DNA of 58,930 bases from Chromera velia (lineage: Eukaryota): contig JAHBMJ010000036.1 of the NCBI GenBank assembly GCA_018398765.1, positions 1-58,930 of the forward strand. The letters are read 5' to 3'. The notes below the pieces were generated by a model. That model was not told the origin of the DNA, did no database searches, and was given only the letters and a program-made list of their open reading frames with translations. Made by a program: the position numbers and the translations under genes. Below, in pieces: positions 51,117-58,930 of this stretch; positions within the stretch are counted from its first letter, which is position 1; every line of letters begins with the position of its first letter.

Positions 51117-54100
51117 ATGGATAGTTTCTCTCCCACCACAATCTTCGAGCCCTTCCGCATCAAGAGCGTGGAACCGCTCAGGCTGACGACCCAGGAACAG
51201 AGGAGGGCCATCGTCAAGAAGGCGCAATACAACCTCTTCGCAGTCCCAGCGGGTCAGTCTTTGGCTTCGTTGTCCCCTTTGCTCGTTCTTTCTGTCCTTA
51301 TAGGCAGCCCGTCTATAATTCTTGCGCTGAGTCGGTGGAGGGAATGTGCAGAAAGCCGAGGTTTGTGTGTGGTTATCGCTTCAGCCCTTTTTGCTCCCCT
51401 CTGAGGCACTCACTGCTCTGAGTGGACGCCAGCGCCCCCTTCTCTTTCCCTCGGTATTCTTGAGAGCAGAGACGGGAGGCGCTACGCTCACGGCCCTAGC
51501 TCTGTATGGTACCGTCTCTTCACATGTCCTGTGGTTCGTCTGCAGTTGCGGCATGTGCCCGTCTGAGTATACCTGCCCAGAGAAGTAGACAGCGACCTGG
51601 CTAAGCGACGCGTCAGATACCTTCGTTCCCTGTGAGTCTGCAGAGCACGTGGTGATAGACCTTCTGACGGACTCCGGCACAGGGGCCATGAGTTCCCTTC
51701 AGTGGGCAGGCATGATGCGAGGGGACGAGTCGTACGCAGGGGCAGACAGCTACTACAGATTCAAAGAGACTCTGAGGGAAGTCACGGGTTTCTCGCACAT
51801 CCTCCCAACTCACCAGGGGAGGGCATCTGAGCGCATCCTTGTGGAGGTCTGTTCTTCTCATGCTTTGAGTCTGACATGCAGTGTGCGCGTTCTTTCATGA
51901 GAATGTACAAGGCAGCCTCGCCATTGTACCGCGTTAGTCCATGAGAACTTCCCTGCCTGCCTGCCTGGGTGCCTGCGTGCGTGCAGGTAATGATCGGCTC
52001 TGCGGGTTCGGGTGCCGGGTTGATTGTGCCCAACAACGCCCATTTCGACACGACAAGGGCGAACGTTGAGCATTCCGGGGCCAGGGCGGTCGACCTTCTC
52101 ACCCCTGAGGGCATGCAACCCAACGGTGAGTGAATGCTTGAAAGAGAGGTACAGCCAAGTGCATATGCGTGAAAAACAGGGGGAAAGCAAATATGTTTAC
52201 TCCACCTAGCTGGTTTTGTTTCATCACTTTCGATCGAGGTGTTGCAGGCCGGCCAGCAGAAATCTTTCCATGTGAATTTCTTCTTTCGTAAAGTTTTCAG
52301 TTCGTTCGACTGGTTTGACGATTTTGTTTTCTTTGCCCAGCGTGCAAATTGTGTGTTTTTGTGTGTTTTTGTGTGTGTGTGTGTATGTGTCGATTCGAAA
52401 GCCAAGTTTGTGGGCACGCCTAAAAGTTTTGGTCACAATCGATTGAAATAGATTCTTTTCGTTCGACTGGACTTGTCACTGCATGCAGTGGACGCTCCGT
52501 TCAAGGGGAACATGGACATCTCAAAGCTCGATGACCTTTTGGCTTCTGAGGGTCACAACGTGCCCTTCGTGATGGTCAGCCCCCGCCTTTCAATCTAGGG
52601 TCTCGCTTCAATTGGTCATCCTTGTGTCCCTCTGCTTGCCTACGGGTGACCCTTTTATGTTGAACCCCAGATCACATTTAGGATATGTATGATGTACAGT
52701 TTTTTCTCTTCTACCTGCAGGTAACTGTGACGTGCAACAGCGCGGGGGGTCAGCCGGTCTCCCTGCAGAACCTCCGAGAGGTGCGCGCTTTGTGTGACCA
52801 GTACAGGAAACCTCTGGTGTTGGATGCGTGCAGGTCGGTTGTAGTTTTTCCCTCTTAGTCCTTTTGGTGTGGAAACGTGCGGAACCTTCCTTCTTTTTGA
52901 TCGATCTGCATGCCCCCCCCCCTGGTCAGTCTTGTCAAGGGAACATCAAAGCATCAGAAAGGACCCTGCAGGCCCAGTGGCATTTGGAGATTCAAAAGAG
53001 ACGCTAATACGTATCTGAAAGCTTACAGCGGAAAATGTTTTTTCATTTTTCAGGTCGAATCAAATTGAAAAGGCTTCATTGTTTGTTCATGTTTGGCGAT
53101 CAGAAGCCCGTTCGATGACTGTGTCGTGATTTTGCTGCCAGGTTTGCGGAGAACGCGTTCTTCATCAAGGAGCGCGAGGAGGGACACCAAGAGAGGAGTG
53201 TGGCTGGCATCGTCAGAGACACTTTCGCTCTCGCAGACGCAGCCACGATCAGCGCCAAGAAAGACGGTCTGGTGAACATTGGGGGCGTGCTACTCTTCCG
53301 CGATGAGGGGCTTTTCAGGTCTGCGGGCATCTGATTAAGCTGCATGTCCTCTTTTGGTGATGTCTTATCTTTATCATCTCATTGAATTCAGAGGATTTGT
53401 GCTTCTCTTCAGTCTTCCTTTTTCAACCCCCCCGCCCTCGTTGAAAGATGCGCTCAGGGTTTCAGTCAAATCCCGAAGCAGGCCCACCCCAGAGTCTTCG
53501 TCTGGAAACGGTGATGGCACATGTTTATTCTTGTGCGTCTAAATACAAAGACAACCGTGTTGTTACGGGAATGGTGCAGGGCGGCGAGCAACCAGTTGAT
53601 CCTGACCGAAGGCTTCGTCACTTACGGGGGCCTTGCAGGAAGGGACCTGGAGGCAATGGCCGTTGGGTTCAAAGAGGTGGGCCCAGGGAGCAACAGGGGT
53701 GGGTCGGAGAGGACATGCATCAGTCAAGTTCTCTTGCTGTAAACGTGCATTGTCATACTCAGACGCAGGTACATGGGCAGGTACCGCTGGTCACGGGCAT
53801 ACTGAGGTATTCGAACGCCTGTTTAAAGTATGAATACAGGCCTGAAGAGTCTGTGTGCAGTCTTCTTGTATGTATGAATATACACGTGTGTTCGTGTGTA
53901 CAGGTCTTGGAGGAGGACTACCTGAGGTACCGTATCGGTTCCACCAGGTATCTCGGGGAGAGGCTGAAGCAGGGGGGCGTGGGCATCGTGTGGCCGCCAG
54001 GGGGCCATGCCGTGTACGTGGATGCGCTGTCGGTTCTCCCACACGTGCCCAGACACGAGTTGCCTGGGCAGACGCTGGCAGTGGCGCTGTACGTTGTGGG

Positions 54101-54757
54101 GGGGATCCGTTCGTGTGAAATTGGGTGAGTGGATGGATGCTTGGTAGAATCAGATAGAAGGCTTTGATTCTACTCTTCTTTTTGGAATTGAATTTGTGCA
54201 TGGGTAGAGAAACAAAGAAGTCAGAAGGGAGTTTCCGTACGGATATAGACACGACGGTTTTTTCTTTTCTTCTGTCGAGGCACAGAGAGACTTCAACACG
54301 ACATGCATCGATCGAGGCACTAACAAGTATCCCAACAACTTCTAAATACTAACAAGTTTCGATAAGACGCGGTGCCTGCAGGTACGTCATGTTCGGAGAC
54401 CGCGCCCCGATGGAACTCGTGCGTCTGGCGATCCCGCGCCGCACGTACACCCAGTCGCACATTGACTTTGTGATCGAGACCGTGCTCCATGTGAAGAAGA
54501 TTGCAAGGTCACTCTCGGGGTTCAGAATCACAGAGGCGCCCCCGGTGCTGCGTCACTTCGTTGCCAAGTTCGCGCCTCTACAGCCGTGTGTGTGGGACCC
54601 TCAGAAGAACAGAGGGGAAGGAGGGGAGGAGAGGGGAGAAGAGAGGGGGGAGGGAAAATGCGACGACGACCCCTGCTCGCCCAAAGTTTTCGTGCACCCG
54701 TTGGGTGAGGAACAAAAGGGTGGCATAGGGTTGGTCCGTCAGATGTCCACTGGTTGA
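51117..54757 (+). CDS. tnaA: Tryptophanase (PLP-dependent tryptophan indole-lyase), 9 exons, 515 aa
   Basis: Exons 51117-51252, 51644-51846, 51987-52125, 52489-52574, 52721-52833, 53142-53318, 53580-53676, 53904-54124 and 54382-54757 total 1548 nt in frame. Motifs: [64 protein letters not shown] (PLP lysine), [20 protein letters not shown]. Confidence 0.93.
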
Positions 54758-56891
54758 TTGATGCTGTGACTGTGGAGGGGAGTTTGTTGATGAACCGTAT
54801 TGGCTTTACAGACGAGGCAGAAGCTTGGTCGAGTCATTGAGTGTTTGTGGGAGTGTGTGCTTTGCTGATTGAGTGGATGGGCAATTAAGCAATCTGTCTC
54901 TCAATCCGTTTGGCTGGCTGTCTTCTGTAGATGGAACGAGAACGTGGCCCGCTGGCCAATATTAGACTCCTTGGCTTCTCTTGCTTTCCTCGGTTCCTCG
55001 CCTCCTTTCTTCTTGGCGAAAGAGGAACAGAACATCCACGCATGCAAGCGCTTTCTTGGTGAAAGAGGAAGAGAACATGTACGCATGCAAGCGCGTTTTC
55101 CAAGTTACCAAGTTGGATCGAGGGCCCGGGTTGGCGTCTAGTGTAATCTCAGACACATCGCAAATCCAAAGAGCCGCATGTTTGTCATCGATGCATCTCG
55201 AGTGCGCCCTAGAAATCAGGGTAGCGTCAAATTAGTTTCCTGCGTGTGTGGGTTCTTCAGTGCTGATTGACAGTATCGTTGACTATTTGATGCATGTTTG
55301 ATGCTCCTTCCATGTCCCCATTCCATTTGTTTTGTGGAAGGCGACGTGTCGTTGATTCGTATGGAACTTTTCCCGAAGGATGCCGGGCAGAATCTTTCAT
55401 CCGAATCCGGCCGCACGTTGCGTGTTTGATTGCAAAACTTCCGTTTGTGAGTGACTCAGAATGAGGGTGTGCTGTTGTATCAAAGAAAGGACCAGAAATT
55501 TCTACGTGGTTGATTGGTCATACATATTCCGTTGACTAATAGAAGCTTGTCTGTCGGCCTGCTACAGTGCTACGTTTTCCGACCGCTTGTTCTTTCTCTT
55601 TGAGACGTCCGCGTACAAGAGGTTCAAAGTTTTATTCTTGATTTAACTTTTTGTCCTCGTTTTTGTCACGTATGAGATGATTAGAGACGATATTGATACA
55701 TCGGTGCGGCCAGCGCTGCGGAAGGTCCGATGTTGGGTCTAAGACGTTCAAAACGAAACCAGTCGTTTAGAAATATATCCTGATTATCATCATCATACAC
55801 CATCGCCATCCGCCCATAAATAGGCGTCTATAGCGTTAGACGGCAACGCACAAGACAGTTTGATCATTTTTTTAACACCAATCTATATTTTTAATAATAT
55901 TAAGTTTAATAGACCAATCCTATCATATCTTAAAAATCAAGTACAAAGCGTCGTACTGACTCGTACATCAAAATCAGAGTTTTGAATTGATATATCCAAT
56001 GTATCTAGCCAAAATTTGAGGAGTCGGGTGGATGCATAGCCAAATGTAGCCAAAGTTTTCTGATATTTTTACTAGTATAAATTTTGTTTTTTAAGGGTTT
56101 ACTTTTATAGTAAAAGCGATAAATTATATCCCCCCCCCCCNNNNNTTTATACCCCAGACCCCACCCCCCCCTCTGACGCAAAAGTTCACGGTAAGTCGCC
56201 ACACCCCTTCCCCCTCCCCAAGGACCGTGAAGTGGGGGAAGGGGGACTAACAAAGCTCATTGAATGTGAACCCCGGGGGGGCGGACCCCCCTTATAAGCC
56301 ATATACCCAATGTATCCAAATATATCCCATGTATCCAAAGTTATAACCCCAATGGATGTATCAATGAATATATCTAAACATTTCATAACTCTGATCAAAA
56401 TTGAGTGAACCATTAGAACAACTCATTTAAAATTATATGAAGCTTAAATAGAAGACTTGGCGGCGCTTGCAGAGTCTTGGGCCAAGCGTTTAAGCATCGT
56501 CAGTGCATATCACTGCAGAACGCTTGAAAGGTACGACAGAGATTAAGTGTAGAATTAAGTTAAGTATGGAAAACAGTGCAGAACAACAATGATCGAAGAA
56601 AAGAAACTCAGTTTTAAAAAAAATATTTAAAAATGCTAGCAAAAATGAGAGAAAGTATCGGTGAATCAGTCAGTAAAATCGAAAGGGCACCCACCGGTCC
56701 CACCTTCTCACCGCATTTACGAAGTAATGAGCTAGGTTGTCATTTTTTCGAATTAACTACTTTCTGTAACCTTTGTAATAATGCGCAATGCCGAAGCAAC
56801 TTGAACTACTCAGATAGTAAACTTGAACTCAGATTTCCGGGGACGGATTGTTCCGTATATTAGTTGTAACGTTACTACACTCTTAAGGGAC

Positions 56892-58221
56892 CTAAGAGAA
56901 AATGAATATACACACTGCCCGCTAGAGGCAGGTCATCCTGTTAGAGCTCTTGATGGAAAGTCTGTGTTCAAAGGGACAGGTCGCTAGATTAACTCATGAA
57001 TCAATTTGGTAAGATCTGATCTCAATAAAAACTGGCATGCACTCAGAAAATGGCATGTGCGCGAATGCGCGCGGCGATCAATCAAATTCGCATGGAAGCG
57101 ATTACCCCACGGCTGGCCTCGGACGCTCGGCCCGGTGGGTCCAGACGTGTGACTCATGGCCCACAGCAGGCTGGGACCCTATAGTTCAACTCCCCCCCCC
57201 TCTTGCATGTACTTCCAGCTGTGCTTGACGGAAACTGGATCGCCGGTACCTCCAACCTGCTTCTTCGGCTTGGTGTGGGCAAGGGCCTTGATCTCTTCAG
57301 GGAGGAGAGACCAGAACTTGACCCCCACGACGAAATCGGCGGGCTCTAGGGACCGGCTCTTCAAATCCACAAGCAACTCCTTGTAGGCGAAGTACTTCTC
57401 TTTGAAGGACAGAGAGAGCGCGACTCCAACAAGTGTGATTTCGGTGATGAGGGTGACAAAGGACTCGAAGGTTGCCCACGCCGTCTCCTTCTGGAGGTCC
57501 GGAGAAAGCTGCGTATTATCGCCAGAGAGGGTCTACAAAACCTTCTCTGCCCAGTCGCGAAGACGGTCTTTGAAGTCTGCAAGTTCCTCGCTAGCCTGCC
57601 GAACTGGAAAGACATGTTGAGGATCAGAAGCCAGAGACACAGTCCATCTCTGGAGGGCCTTGTCTACGAGGAACGAAGAAACCTCGATCGCTCCTTTGAG
57701 CTTTCGGAGTCCAGCATAGCTGGCATACTCCTTGGCCCACAGTTGAAGCAACTCAAGATAATCTTCAGATGAGTTGACTTGCTGCCTTTGTGGCGGCTCG
57801 TCAGAAGTGAACTTCAGATCGGAAGAAGTGGAAGGATTTATCTGATGATAAGATACAACAGCAGTTGTTCAGAAAGGAACACAAAGAGAAGACAGACCTT
57901 CCTGTTAACCACACTAGAGAGCTAAGGGAAAATGAATATACACACTGCCCGCTAGAGGTAGGTCATCCTGTCAGAGCTCTTGATGGAAAGTCTGTGTTCA
58001 AAGGGACAGGTCGCTAGATCAACTCACGAATCAATTTGGTAAGATCTGATCTCAATAAAACCTGGCATGCACTCGGAAAATGGCATGCGCGCGAATGCGC
58101 GCGGCGATCCATCGAATTCGCATGGAAGCGATTACCCCGCAGCTGGCCTCGGAAGCTCGGCCCGGTGGGTTCAGACGTGCGACTCACGGCCCATAGCAGG
58201 CTGGGACCCTATAGTTCAACT
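56892..58221 (-). mobile_element. Small internally deleted LTR-like element (TRIM-like) with ~300-bp direct repeats
   Basis: 56892-57191 is repeated at 57922-58221 (about 17 substitutions). On the minus strand a polypurine tract, AAGAGGGGGGGGG (57204-57192), abuts the downstream repeat. No TSD or PBS recognised. Confidence 0.7.
57179..57840 (-). pseudogene. Degenerate internal ORF, possibly a gag fragment
   Basis: ORFs 57533-57751 and 57179-57376 share a frame and are separated only by a TAG at 57533-57535. The product looks helical. Gag identity is inferred from position only. Confidence 0.45.
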
Positions 58222-58930
58222 GGGGTTTGTCACCGTACACCAGGCCGTACATTGTCATGAGAAAATCGCGCTACAAAGGAACCTAGTAGAAGGGCGCTAT
58301 AGGAAGGGTAGCAAAGGAAGGAGTCACCTAGGATCCTTTCAGACAATACCGCAGCTACTACCGCTGATTCGGCGCTGAAGAAAAAACTAAAAGACGGCTT
58401 AGTCTTTCCTAATTTCTTTCCTAAGCAGATGCTGCCGCATTGTTGTGGATTGGCCAGCCAATACGGACCCCGGATAGTAAGACGTATGGAATTTTAATTT
58501 TAAGATAACAGCAATTTTAAGATGGCAGCTAATTAAGATGGCAAACCATATAACTTGGCTTACAATACACTTAAACTTTTATTGAATAAATGTACATGTT
58601 AATACATGTGGTACTAGGTGTGGTAACTTTACGTGGTAATTGTTTATAACTGCTTTTACATAAGTGCACAATCGATTCAGCGCAACCGGCCACGTGTTTC
58701 GTTCTTCTTCTCTTTTCGTTTCTGCTTCAAAACCGCGAGTTTTTTCATTCCACTGACCCCACCTTGTTCCATGCGTGCGAGCAAAGGACGGATGGACGCC
58801 TAAATTGACTCTTTGTCGCGAGAGAGAGAAAAATGAAGGTAGTTCAACAGCGGCATGTCACACCGCATGCAACTGCACGTACTAGTTGTCTGCCTGTCAG
58901 ATCGATCGGCGGCCTACGGGGGGGGGGGGG

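Noticed and set aside
51117..54757. Tyrosine phenol-lyase, or bacterial contamination
   Set aside because: Diagnostic residues are tryptophanase-type and the gene has 8 canonical spliceosomal introns.

Overview
This is eukaryotic nuclear DNA with intron-rich genes (GT..AG introns full of CT/GT/CA microsatellites) separated by AT-rich islands that look TE-derived. The style suggests an alveolate protist such as a chromerid; that is inference, not verified. From left to right the window holds: (1) a complete but stop-riddled Ty3/Gypsy chromovirus (782-7501) with 413-bp LTRs, an ATCGA target-site duplication, tRNA-iMet PBS, PPT and a -1 frameshift signal; (2) an intronless secreted Cys-rich gene; (3) a 942-bp TA-flanked long-TIR non-autonomous transposon; (4) a calcineurin-like metallophosphoesterase gene (-); (5) a giant ~28-kb, ~50-exon gene for a secreted multidomain protein (Ig-like, PAN-like, beta-trefoil-like repeats, TSP1, a Cys-bounded hydrophobic loop, long helical C-terminus); (6) a secreted protein joining a GIN/DUF2807-like adhesin domain to three unrecognised 6-Cys repeats via RxL-type motifs (-); (7) a solitary 5S rRNA gene; (8) a 9-exon bacterial-type tryptophanase gene; (9) a small internally deleted LTR-like element. 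The best leads are the GIN/6-Cys putative polyprotein sitting head-to-head with tryptophanase around the 5S gene, the giant secreted protein, and a strong C->T transition signature in the repeats. All domain calls come from reading motifs by eye; no database search was run.
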